A DNA stretch of 58,400 nucleotides, counting the filler, from Basidioascus undulatus (taxonomy: Eukaryota): the NCBI GenBank assembly GCA_000826855.1. It is 5 parts of 5 records of this genome, joined end to end, with 100 filler letters (N's around TTAATTAATTAA, not from the genome) between each part and the next. Parts side by side here need not be neighbours in the genome. Positions count along the whole stretch, not along the records: positions 7,621 to 15,134 come from JTLS01001538.1; positions 15,235 to 22,737 come from JTLS01001539.1; positions 22,838 to 50,801 come from JTLS01000154.1; 2 more parts are not named here. One strand, given 5' to 3'. Below, in pieces: positions 13,655-25,139 of the stretch (positions are counted from its first letter, which is position 1; every line of letters starts with the position of its first letter). The translations under genes were made by a program, and so were the position numbers. The notes below the pieces were generated by a model, which saw only the letters and a program-made list of their open reading frames with translations, did no database searches and was not told the DNA's origin.

Positions 13655-15134
13655 ATGAACTTTGACGGCACCCTCGAGCTCAGGCACGTCCGCAGGCGGA
13701 CGGGCAAGCACGCCCACCACCGCAGGCAGCTCGACCTGATCGGCGGCGGCAACGGCAACGCAGGCGACCCCTCTGTGAACACCAACACCCCGACCAGCTG
13801 TGCGTCTCTCCTTTTCTCTATCCTGCAGCAAGGTCAGGACTGAAGCGGGAGGCTCTGGGGGGAACAGCGTCGACCGGGTCATCCTCGGCTCCGACTCGCA
13901 GCTCGTCTCCGTCGTCTTCGGCCACGCCCACGTCTACCTCCTCCTCCCGCGCGGCGACGTCTTCTTCCCGTGAAGAGGAGACCTCGACGTCCTTGTCCTC
14001 GTCCCGCACCAGCTCCTCTGCCTCGGCGACGTCCTCGAACAGCGTGCGATCTTTCTCCCTCCCCTTCTTCCGTCCTCGCCCGGCCGCTTACCTCTCTCTG
14101 CAGTCCTCCTCCACTTCTTCCTCCTCATCCCGGAGCTCCTCATCCTCTTCGACCCGCCCCACCTCCACGTCTGAGGACGACACCGCTTCGTCCTCTGCGG
14201 ACGGGTACACCCGCTCGCGGTACAACATCGGCCCCATCACGTCGTCCATCACCGCCCAGGCGAGCTCGACGAGCGCCGCGAACGACGACTCGGGCGGCGC
14301 GACGGGCATGCCCACCGGCCAGGTCATCGGCATCGTTGTCGCCGGTCTCGTCGGCGTTATCGCGCTCGCGGCCCTCGTCGGGTGGGCCCTGGTGCGTCGG
14401 GTTGCTGCGGGGCTATGGAGTTGTGGAGCTGCAGGCTGATTGCGGACGCATACAGCGCAAGTACTTCCGTACCAGCCACGGCGGGTACGATGGGAGCGAC
14501 CCCTTCGGCAACGTTCGTCTTTCCTCCCTCTGCCCATCGCTTCCCTGCACCCAGACGGTACCTTACCCCTCAGCACCGCACACAGAACCACTTCAACTCG
14601 GACGACTTCCGGCGCCGCACGTCCGTCATGCTCCCAGACGACGACGGCGCGTCGATGCACTCGATGCAAGACACGGGCGCCGGTGTGGGTGCGGGCGCGG
14701 CCGGCCTCGGTCGCGCAAACACCATCCTCCCCGGCCTTGACCGCGAGGACATGCGCAGCCCGCGCCCACCCACCATGATCCAGCGGCACTACCTCAACGT
14801 CCCCGGACCCGGCGCGCCCATGCCCATGCCGAGCTTCCAGCCTGGGTCCGTTTGCGTGGCTTTCTTAGTCCTTGGAGAGACAGAGCGTCTGATTGTGGTT
14901 GGTTGGTGGAGGACAGCCAAGTGATCGCTCCGCCGCAGGCGTACCACCCTGATGACGCATATGGCGACTACCCGCCGCCGCCGATGCGCCAGCCGTCCCC
15001 GAACCCGGGTGGCATGATCCCTCTCCGCCAGCCGTCCCCGGCCCCGCTCGACGGCACGGGGATGCCCTACGCAGACTACCCCTTTTTATGAACTGACAGT
15101 CTTCTTCCTGCATTGCTGGGGACTGACCCCTTCC
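13655..15134 (+). CDS. Ser/Thr-rich single-pass membrane protein (Mid2/Wsc-like architecture), 3' end in gap
   Basis: Long S/T-rich ectodomain, TM GQVIGIVVAGLVGVIALAALVGWAL followed by RKYFR, and a Pro-rich cytoplasmic tail (SPRPPTMIQRH). GT-AG introns. Confidence 0.7.
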
Positions 15135-15234
15135 NNNNNNNNNNNNNNNNNNNNNNNNNNNNNNNNNNNNNNNNNNNNTTAATTAATTAANNNNNNNNNN
15201 NNNNNNNNNNNNNNNNNNNNNNNNNNNNNNNNNN
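15135..15234. other. Artificial scaffold gap linker
   Basis: N44-TTAATTAATTAA-N44. Confidence 0.97.
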
Positions 15235-15370
15235 GAGTTCTACCAGGCGGAGCACGACTTCAACTTCTTCCTTAAGGTCGGCGCCACCCCTCCGACTTCT
15301 CCCGCCCACCCACTTCAACTCAGCGGCTGATGGAGAGCGGCAAAGGAACAAGTGTCAGCCGCACACACAC

Positions 15371-15604
15371 CCGCGAGATCACCTTGTCCGTCGCGTCGTT
15401 CTGGAGCTTGTACATGATCTTGCTGAATCCGCCACCTAACTTCAGCTCACGGTGCCTGGAAGCGTTGTACCGTGAGGGAGGTCAGGAGGAGGGGAGCAAG
15501 GGAGGGACCGACCCGCGAGAGTTCTTGTAGATCTTGACGATCGTGGCGGTGCCCGAGGTCGAGCCGATGGGGTAGAAGACCTTCTCCTAGAGCTGGAAGT
15601 CCAT
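15371..15604 (-). pseudogene. Small Tudor/SH3-like protein fragment with in-frame TAG
   Basis: ATG GAC TTC CAG CTC TAG GAG AAG GTC TTC TAC reads MDFQL*EKVFYPIGSTSGTATIVKIYKN..IMYKLQNDATDKV, with strongly C/G-ending codons. Confidence 0.35.
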
Positions 15605-18597
15605 TTTCAGGAAACTTGTGGGTGGAATAGGTGTTACTGTGTATATACGAAGAGGAGATCTGCTCAAATGCCCGCCGCACCACGTCCAAGTCAGTCCCAG
15701 CCCCCTCACAGCAATACCGTCTGAAAAGGACAACTCACGGGAAGCAAGCGCGTTCTAGATACTGTGTATAGATCTGGAGCGCTGGAGTTTCAGACTTTGG
15801 GAGCATGGGGAGTCCAACCTTCCTCTCGCAGCCCAGCTTTTATTCCTCGAGCGAGCGCGGCGAGCTGTGGTATCCGCAAAACGACATGTGTGCTCTCTCC
15901 GAAAAAAAGGTTTCGAACCGACCGGGTGCTGAAGGACCCAGACTCTGGGGCGGCAGCGCAGCGTTGCGCAATGTGGACGACGACCAAGTTAGCGGCGGCT
16001 CGATTCGGCGTCAGTGGCAGGCCGGCGCATGGTAAGGATTGTCAGACTGTTTGACTCGCCGTTTTACATGCCACGGGCGACCCTGGCTCTGTGAGAAGAT
16101 GTCCTTTCAACATAATGGAAGGATGTGCATGGTAAGTGCGACCGACGGAAATCGCCACGTAGCAAGACAGGCCGGAAGGTTAGTTGCACATACTTTCACG
16201 ATAACATGGAGCAGGTTGGGGCTGTGCTTTGTCAGGAGAGCAACGAGCCCGGTTTGGAAAAAAGGTTAGATGTAATCTCTTAAGAGCATGTCCCGGGGAA
16301 TCAAGGCATTCGCGGAAAGCGATCCCAGTGCTGGCTATTGCATCCAGGACGCAAGAATGCACGGCACCCATGGGAGAACCATTCAAAGTTGATGCAAGAG
16401 TAGCTGGGTAAAGTAAGGGACAAAGTTACTGTAAGAAGAAGACATGGATATTTACACTCTCTAGCTTACCTGGAAGGCGAACGCTAGCGTGAATGTCGTC
16501 GTCCGACCTGCGGGGCAACGCCAGGTGAGTTGGCGTGTGATGAGCGGGCGTGAGCTCACTTATTTCTGGACTCTGAAATTGGGAGATATAAACATTCCCG
16601 CAATTCGTGCAGGAAACTCTGGACAACACATGGCCCATGACGCTGCGAGCGGCAGCCGACCCACATGCACGCAGCCAAAAGTCGCAGACCACCAAACGTG
16701 CTCGCCTTCAAGAGTAACATTCCGTCACAATAGATGCTGCCATCGCCAAGGATCCTCAGGACGTCCAACACGATCTACCACGCGTGCCATCTTCTCCGCC
16801 CGCCCTTCCGATGCGACCTCCGCTCGCATCCTCTTCAGCCGTCCCTCCAGCCCTGGTGCCCCGAGCTCGCTGACCTTCTTCCCCCTCCAGGCTACAAAAA
16901 GCTATTCCCTTCACCTCCTCCGCGATCTCCGGCGCCGCCGTCCTGCTCTGGGGCTCTCGATGCCCACAAGGCTAACAGGCCGTCTGGCGCTGCAGAAGAA
17001 CGCCAGCGCGCTGCCGAAAGCGGAAGAGGTCACCCTCATCAATCAAATAGGGCTTTGAGAGTCAACGTATGACTTTCCCCCTCGTTGAGAACTTCTGGTT
17101 GGAGAGTGTTGCAGAGCTAGGCTTGGCTGGCATATGGAGGAAACAGACGCGTATGCCCGATAAAGGCAGACTGACCTCGAAGGCATCCAGTGAAAACTTG
17201 AAATTTTCTGGTTTCAAAAATACTTTGTTGAGATTACAAATTCTGATATGGCGGAGAGGAGACATCTGCTCACGGCGCAATTCGAGGACGCAGAGAGGCC
17301 GACATCAGGACTCTGCGTGTGCAGCTGAAAACCATCGTCTGGAGTGTCCACTGCCAGTCGCCTATATGTTCCACTTGTGGGTGTTCTGTTGGCGCATGGA
17401 CGACATAAGCTTGGCTGAAGAGGAAATTGGGGAAGATGCAAATCTGAAGCGTTCTCGCCGCCAACTTCTTGGACCTCGTCCGCACAGTGGGTTGGTGAAT
17501 GCTCTAGGGGAGGCCCATGCCGTTACAGGGCAGTTAAAATTGCTGCGCCGAGGTATTCCTGGACGGCTTGTGATAGGCGAATCCCATTGACTGACAAGAG
17601 CCGTTGGTGCTTGGGTATCGTTTTCGCAAGGATCGCCGGCCTGATAGATTGCGGCGGAAGACCTCCGCTGGAAATTTGGGTTCGAGAGGGTAGCACGACC
17701 ATAAGTTGTGATTCGAGTTGGTGCAGGTACGTACGAGGAGGTTGTCGCAGCAGGGACACTACGGATACCTTTTCCAATCACTCGGCTGACCAAGATTATA
17801 TTTCTTGTACGGGAATGTTTTGCCTAGTATGTGCGAACGCGCGGTGGTGAAAGGGTCGAGTGCAGCCGGAGATCGCCAGCCTCGAGGAAATACACTGTGC
17901 TCCATGAGCTTTAAGTGGTTCAACCACCCCACCACCAGCAGTACTGGACATAATATTCTAAGTACCATGAATATGATTAGTAGGACGTATCCTTTGCGAG
18001 AGTGTGCATTTTCACAGCGCAAGCTTTGGCACAGTCTAGACGAGTGAGAGGTCACGTGACGGCGAAGGGGAAAGCCCATTCCTTCTTCTCCTCCTCCTCC
18101 TCACTTCGGTCACCGTTCAAGCAAAAGTCGTCGTGCGTCACGCCTCTCCACAGCCTCGAATCGACACACACGGCACGTTGAGCGTCGTCACGTCGTTCTG
18201 AACGACGAAAACGGCGGGATTGGACGGGAGAAAGGCTGGATTCCGGCGCTGGGCGCGGATTGAGGCGGGAGGGAGAAGGAGGAGGCAGGGGAGGGAGGGG
18301 GTCCCCCCGCCGAGCTCGCCCCTCTCCGACGGTCCCCACGGGCTTTCCAGCGTTCTCGGGGTGCTCTTCGGTGGCGAGCGCGCCGGTGGAATGGGCTTGG
18401 TCAGCGTCGGGACCGTCGCCATGGCGGGCGGCGTGCTGACTCGGCATACGAGCACCCAATTTCAAGCCTCCACCGCCTACTGAGATTCTTGAGCACTGAC
18501 TTGCACCTCCCTCTCTCTCCTCCGCACACACTTTCACGATCCACCTACGCCACTTTCACTTCACTCTATCACACACACCGCTCGACACTCACAGAAA

Positions 18598-19691
18598 ATG
18601 GGTCGCCGTCCTGCTCGTTGCTACCGCTACTGCAAGAACAAGGTTCGTCGCGCGCCACCGTCTTCGCCCCCTCCCTCTCCCTCTCCTCTGCCCCGCCATC
18701 CACTGCACCCCTCCCGTATGCTGACCCCCTTCTCGTCTACGCCCCCTTCACCAGCCGTACCCCAAGTCGCGGTACAACCGTGGTGTCCCGGACTCGAAGA
18801 TCCGCATCTTCGACCTCGGCCGCAAGAAGGCGCCCGTCGACGACTTCCCCTTCTGCGCCCACCTCGTCTCTGACGAGTACGAGCAGCTCTCCTCGGAGGC
18901 GCTCGAGGCGGCCCGTATCTGTGCCAACAAGTACATTGTCAAGACCTCGGGCAAGGAGTCGTTCCACCTCCGCGTCCGCGTCCACCCCTTCCACGTCATC
19001 CGCATCAACAAGATGCTGTCGTGCGCTGGTGCTGACCGGTGAGTTTGTTTCCACTATGGGCAGTTAGACCGGAAGCTGACTCGGCGTCCCTTTCCCCGCC
19101 CCCCTCCTCTAGTCTCCAGACGGGTATGCGTGGTGCCTGGGGCAAGCCGTACGGCACCGTCGCCCGTGTCAACATTGGCCAGATCATCCTGTCGATCCGC
19201 TGCAAGGACCAGCACCAGCATGTGATCAAGGAGGCTCTCCGCCGTGCCCGCTACAAGTTCCCCGGTCGCCAGAAGGTGCGCTTCCTTTCCCCTCCTTCCT
19301 CTGCCCTCTGCCCTCTCTTTTCCCTCTTCCTCCCCTTCTCTCCAGGTCTTTCCCGATACAACGGCGGAAGATGGACGCTGACTGGTGATTCGTGGGGCGC
19401 CCGCAGATCATCATCTCCAAGAAGTGGGGCTTCACCCCCCTCAACCGTGCGGACTACGAGAAGCTCCGCGCCGAGGGCCGCGTCCTCTCCGACGGCGCGT
19501 ACGTCCAGTTCATCCGCCCTTCCGGCCCCCTCGAGGACAACCTCAAGAAGCAGGCTATGGGTGCGTCGTTTTCCCTTCCCTCCTTCCTCCGTCCCTTCGC
19601 CGTCCCCTTCCCGCTTTCTCCTTGCCGGTTCCGTTCCTTGCGGAGAGTAGAATACTGATGTTGGGTGACATGCACAGCCTCCGCTCAGTAG
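18598..19691 (+). CDS. RPL10: 60S ribosomal protein L10 (uL16)
   Basis: [37 protein letters not shown]...[24 protein letters not shown]...[18 protein letters not shown]...|ASAQ*, with 4 introns. Confidence 0.98.
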
Positions 19692-20517
19692 ACGTCTCGT
19701 CGCATTGGGTTGAGTCGAGCTTGGGTTTTGGGTCATGTTCGCGCATGTACTCTATGACGGGTGGCCATGACCATGACTGCTTTCACTTCGCTCTATGTAG
19801 CTAGCTGGTGTGCATGTCCGCGCTTTTGTCGGGTGTGGAATCAGTGCTCAGGCGCTCAGGTGGAAGTTTTTACGCCTTCGAGTCAAGAGACTCCGCAGCT
19901 CGACTCAGGATAAAGAGGCCCGTCTTGGTGCTACCCTTGCTCATCACACGAGGCCCAACCTGGGCGAGGCGTAGAATGACTTTCCAGTGGCGGGAAACCT
20001 TGGCGAGCTGACGCGAGGTCGGGCAGCTTCTCAGAAAATGGACGCGCGCCTGCAGTGTCTTCGCTCATTCATCCCGTTCATCTTCCTTGACATATATTCA
20101 GCAGCCCTAAATGATTACACTCAAGATCTTCAACCTTTTTGGAAGCGATTTGACGCATGGAACACGAAATATCAACGACGCTGCAGCCGGTTTCAGCTGA
20201 CAGACTCTCAACATCTCTGCGATCCCTGCCCTGCCTTTCCCTGCCTCTATCCCTGCCTCTTTGCTCATCTACCAGACTACCGCTCCCTGACTTCCCGTCC
20301 GCTCCCACCCTCCGATGTCTAACGTCGTTCCTACAGGGGTGTCCTTGGGTTCTGCAAACATGCCCGCGATGGACCGGCGTCTTGCCTTGCCAGCTTACCA
20401 CCACCTTCACCTTCCTCACCAACCGGCGGCTGGTCGGTCTGCTTTCTTTTAATTGCTAGGCACCGGCTTTACCACGTTCTTTGGTTAGATCAAGATAAGT
20501 GTGCAGTCTCTCCTCTT

Positions 20518-21301
20518 ATGGATCGTCTTCTAACTCGGGTCGACGTCCATCAACACACTCTAGTTACCCTCTCGAAGCTCGTTCACATCCATCATGCCCT
20601 CCACCCCGATCATCATCGCCCTCTGATCGCCCTCGCCCTAAGCGTGCTTCTCCTCTTCGCCCTCATCCTCTCCATCAAGCTGCACTGCTCGGGCTACGGC
20701 CGCGCCGCCCGCGCTCTGGGCAGGGCAGCTCGAGGCCAAGGGCGTCGTCCTCCCCTTCTCCAGAGCGTCCTTTCTCCCCCCGCGCCAACCGCCCATGGCC
20801 GCCGTCAGCGAGAAGGACCGCCGCCCGGCCAGTCAGGCCGAACGCGTTAGGGGGTGGGGCTTCCCCTCCTCGCACTCGCATTTGCACTCGCATTCGCACT
20901 CGCATTCGCACTCGCATTCGCACTCGCACTCGCATTCGCACGACCACGCAAGGGGAAGCTCGAGCTCCAGCTTGGGCAAAAGCAGTACGAGTCGCACAGT
21001 GTCGACTTTGGCGCACGATTACAGACCGTCGAGGCCCTCGCTCCTTTCGCTTGGGACACACCCTCCCTCGACCTCTACCCCTCCACGTCCGCGTCCGCCT
21101 CGTCCACCTGTCCGGGAAGCCGCAGCATCATTTGCCGTCAAAGGGGTCTGTGAGGAGCTTTGGGAGCGTGAAATAGATGGACTGGAGGTGTGGAAGAGGG
21201 GGGCGGGGAGGGGGACGCCGGGAGGGTTGTATATCTGTGCATCTTGCTTCAGTCCGGATATCAAAGTGCTGGACACGACTCCGTGTGGATTGAATGTTTG
21301 A
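20518..21301 (+). pseudogene. Hypothetical membrane protein with His-Ser repeat, apparent frameshift near 20720
   Basis: His-rich N-terminus and TM LIALALSVLLLFALILSI. The coding-like frame then switches to GQLEAKGVVLPF...SHSHLHSHSHSH... Confidence 0.35.
20870..20941. repeat. Hexamer tandem repeat (TCGCAY)~12
   Basis: tcgcactcgcatttgcactcgcattcgcactcgcattcgcac... seen directly. Confidence 0.9.
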
Positions 21302-21722
21302 AAGAACATTTCTTTGAGGTTTCGAAGCTGTGGGTGCCAGGACTTGCGAATGCAGCCTGAAACTGCACTTTCTTACGCGACAGCGGAGTCGAGTTTGCAG
21401 TGTTGCAACGAAGCTGGTGGCTGCACGTATTATTCTGAAATACGCGCCCTTTATGTCTTTCTGCAAGACTAGGGATTAGTTCGCAGTCTTTGTTCTCTTC
21501 CTGTCGATGTCCACCGCGGCGCGTCTGGGGCGCGTCGACAGGCACCCTATCTAGGTGGTGTAGTTTACCATGACGTCATAGCTGTCTTCTCCGTTGGCGA
21601 CGCTCCTCCCCATCGCAGCATGCACCGCCTTACCTTCCAAGCAGTCCCATTACATCTGTAGACGCTCCCAACTCCAGTCTCCTCTTCCTTTCCCACCATC
21701 ACCCCCCCGAAATCCACGCACG

Positions 21723-22737
21723 ATGCTCCGACCGGTGATACCCCCCTTATCGATACCCAGATTCACCCCTGCCTTCCCTCTCGCCCGACTACGCGCTCGA
21801 CCACCACCCCGGGCCCTACCTGTTCTCCCCGCACGAACATTCCGCATCGCTATACCGAGATGGAGGGCCGAGGAGCCGAGCGCGCGCGTCGCGGTGGATG
21901 GGAAGGACATCGATCGCGTGCGCGGGGGGAACGCGCTGCGCGGGATGACGGAACACGAGACGGAGGGCGATCGCGGGCTGGAGGTAGAAGGGGGGATCAC
22001 AAAGGGTGAGTATACCCAGTTCCTCTTGAATCATGCGTGGGATTGGGCGGTCTGAAAGGAGGGACGGGCAACTGACACACTCCACCCTATCGCCAAGGCA
22101 AGCTGCAGTCCACCTCAACGCACCTCCTCCGCCTCACCCTGCCCCTCCCCTCGCCGTCCGAGCCCGTCGCGTTCGTCCTCCACCCCGCCCAGCCGCTGTC
22201 GTACCTCGCGCGTCTCATTGTCGCCGAGCTGCCCCCGGGCGACGTGGGCAAGGTCGAGTTCAAGGGCTTCGGGGAGAAGGAGAACGTGCGGTGGAGCGAG
22301 GCGTGCGTCCATTCTTCCTCCCATTGCCCTTTCCCCTCACGAGAATGTAGACTGAGAATTATAGGAACTTTCGGAGCGCAGGACGGACATCGGCGACTTC
22401 GTCAAGCAAGCCACGCAAGTAACTGAATTCACGATCCTGCTCTACCCCCCCTCCTCCGCCTCGCGCTCATCCGCGCAACCCCCGCCGTCCCACTCCCTAA
22501 CCGTCTCCGTGCCCTCCTTTCGCGCGCGGACGTACTACCTCCGCCTGCGCCTGCAGCGCGTCAACGGGCAGCTGCGGGAGATGAACGGCCTCAAGCTGCG
22601 GTGCGACATGGAGGCGCGGCGCGGGGCGCGGCGCGTCGCGCTGGGGGGGCTGGGGGGGCTGCTCGCGTATTGGGCGGTGTTCTACCGAGACGGCGATATC
22701 TTCCCTGCCATCGGGCCCGAGTGGACCCCGAACGCGC
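21723..22737 (+). CDS. MCU: Mitochondrial calcium uniporter, 3'-truncated at gap
   Basis: Arg-rich targeting peptide, [45 protein letters not shown] and [27 protein letters not shown] (TM1). The WDxxEP pore motif is not reached. Confidence 0.85.
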
Positions 22738-22837
22738 NNNNNNNNNNNNNNNNNNNNNNNNNNNNNNNNNNNNNNNNNNNNTTAATTAATTAANNNNNNN
22801 NNNNNNNNNNNNNNNNNNNNNNNNNNNNNNNNNNNNN
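22738..22837. other. Artificial scaffold gap linker
   Basis: N44-TTAATTAATTAA-N44. Confidence 0.97.
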
Positions 22838-23116
22838 GTCGTCGTCGTCGTTGTCGTACGGGGCGGTCCGCTGCTTCTGCAACGGCGGCCGACTGACCAC
22901 CTGGAAGCTGCGGACTGGCCCGCCGCCTTTGCCGTCCACGAAGCGCGCGAATGCGGCCTGCTCCTCGGCGTCGAGCGCGGAGCGGATCTCGGTCGGCGGG
23001 GGACGCGGGACGTCCGTCCAGCCTTCGCCGTCCCCGAGCGGGTTATTCGGCTCGATGGTGGAAGTAGGCGAAATTCTTTCCACAAAGGCGGACGTTGGTT
23101 GGGCTGCGGAGGGCAT
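22838..23116 (-). CDS. Hypothetical protein, N-terminal fragment running into gap
   Basis: Open frame MPSAAQPTSAF...RTAPYDNDDDD with coding-like codon usage. A TATA-like TATATAA lies upstream on the minus strand (~23280-23286). Confidence 0.5.
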
Positions 23117-23928
23117 TGGTGCCGGATGCGAGTGGGATGGAGGATGAGTGAAGTTCGAATGTGAGATTTCGAGTGATGAATGGGTCGATATTGAGTCGAA
23201 ACCAGTCAGCGTGGTGAGCGTAGCGAAGCGAAGAGCGTGAGCGTCGGGCGGAGCGAGAATCTCGATTCGACACCGCTTCTTATATAGTCAAGCACAGGGA
23301 ATCGAGGGTCCGCTATTGCCGTCGTGGAGAAAGCGTCATTCGAGGAAGCAGCTAAAGTTGGGAGGAGGGAGCAACGAGGAGGGAAGGGAGAGGGTGAGGA
23401 AGTGGCCGGCTGGTCGCTTGCGTCATTGTTAGAGCCGCGTTGAAGGCGCTTGTTTTTTTTTTTTTTCGCAGCCCAGCTCTCGAGCAAGTTCTCGTTCTCC
23501 TTTACAGGCGTTCTGGTTGACAGGAACAACCACTACAGAAAGATGGCACCAGCTTCAACTCCAGACTTCATGAAGTTTCCCCAGTACCCATCATCTCACG
23601 CCAGATGCGTCGAAACACGATGGCTTCAAAGACCCCGGCCCCTGGGCAGATTAGCGAGCTCAAGTTTAACATGAAGAGATGCTCCCAAAGTATGTGTTCT
23701 TCAATGATGGATCTGAAAGTTTCCAAGTATTGTGGGATTTCACAGCGCAAGGTGCTGTCACGGCCTTCTTGGGACTGATCGAGTGCGCAGAGGCGTCAAG
23801 CACTGTTAGTCCATATCCGCGAGGTGGCCTTGATTTCGACAATCCTAACAATCCCCATCCGTCCTCCATATGACTCTAGACTCCACTCTCGCTCCACGAC
23901 CGGCTCCGTATGATCCCATCGCGCCTCG

Positions 23929-24729
23929 TCACTCCTTCTTCCCCTCCTTCCCCTTCGCGTTCGCGGCCAGCCCCCTGCACACGAGCCCGCCTACGCGGCC
24001 CGCCATGTCGATCGCCATCCCGAGCGGGACGAGAAGGAACGGCACATAGCTCGCGAGGAGCATCGCGCGCTGCTGAGTGCTGAGTGCGAGCTCGCCCGGC
24101 GCGGGCGAGGCGTGCGAGGGCAGGGAGAGGACGGTCGCGATGCAGGCAATGGTCGTTGTTGCGGAGGAGGTAGCGTAGATCAGGAGAGGGAGGTAGATCC
24201 TGGGGGAGTCTGTTCAGAATGAGGAAAGGGTCAGCGATCGCGGGAACCGGCACCGAACGGTCAGGAGGTTGAGAGAAGACGCACCGCGGTAGAGCCCTCT
24301 CGCGCCGAGGACAAACATCGGCAGCTGCCCGACTGCTTCGAGGAAGAAGAACGAGCGGATCCACGCCCACTCCGGGCCCCCGTTCATGGCGCCTTGGAGG
24401 AGCGGGTCATTGGACGTGTTGAGGTAGAAGGAGAGGAGCGCGCGGATCGGCGAAGGGACGAGGTGCGGCGGGTAGAGCGGCTGCAGGTCGATGGCCAGTG
24501 TTGCAGGGAAATGGATCTTCCAGATCAAAGAACGACAAAGTGAGGAATTCTGGAAAGCGGGGAGGCTGCGTCCGTGCAGGGCAGAACGGGACGTACGAGG
24601 AGGAAGACGAAGTAGAGTAGGTCCAGCGGCCGGGTGGAGACTAGGACCAACGGAAAAAGGTCATTGGGAAAGAGTGAAGTCGTAGAATAAGAGCACTGGA
24701 GGCTTACGAGGCCTCTGGGGGTGCGCCAT
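23929..24729 (-). CDS. EXPERA-domain (TMEM97/sigma-2 receptor/Ema19-like) membrane protein
   Basis: MAHPQRP|LSTRPLDLLYFVFLL|IHFPATLAIDLQ...SNDPLL...WIRSFFFLEAVGQLP...LLIYATSSATTT...SYVPFLLVPLGMAIDM. Confidence 0.85.
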
Positions 24730-25139
24730 TCCTAGAGACGAGGCTGAGATGAAGAGACAGAGAGGCGAGAGGGCAAAGCGCGCTCGGGCTCAGCTGGCAC
24801 CGTCGCAAGTCGCCTCATTCCGTTGCAAGCCGCCTCGTCGATTCTACCGATCCCTGTTCATCCACAACAGTCTTTTCGGCTGTTGCGTACATCACTCTTG
24901 CACGCTTGTGCCTTGGAGAGCCTGTCCCCTGTCATTACGCTTGACAGTCGTGAAAATGCGCCGCTGCCCGAAAGGACCGGGCTTCATTTTCCGCCCAGAA
25001 ATCACGCGCCGTCCACGCGCCGGCGTTATGTCGCGTGTGCTATAAGAGTGCCGCCCGTAGCCGCCATCGTCCCTAAGCACATCTTTCGACCCTCCTTGAT
25101 CCTGTAACACTTGAACCATCAGTACTCAAATACTATACC

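Noticed and set aside
15760..18050. Gene-poor stretch as a possible transposon relic
   Set aside because: No RT, integrase or transposase motifs, LTRs or TIRs were recognised. It may be a decayed gene but I cannot support a call.
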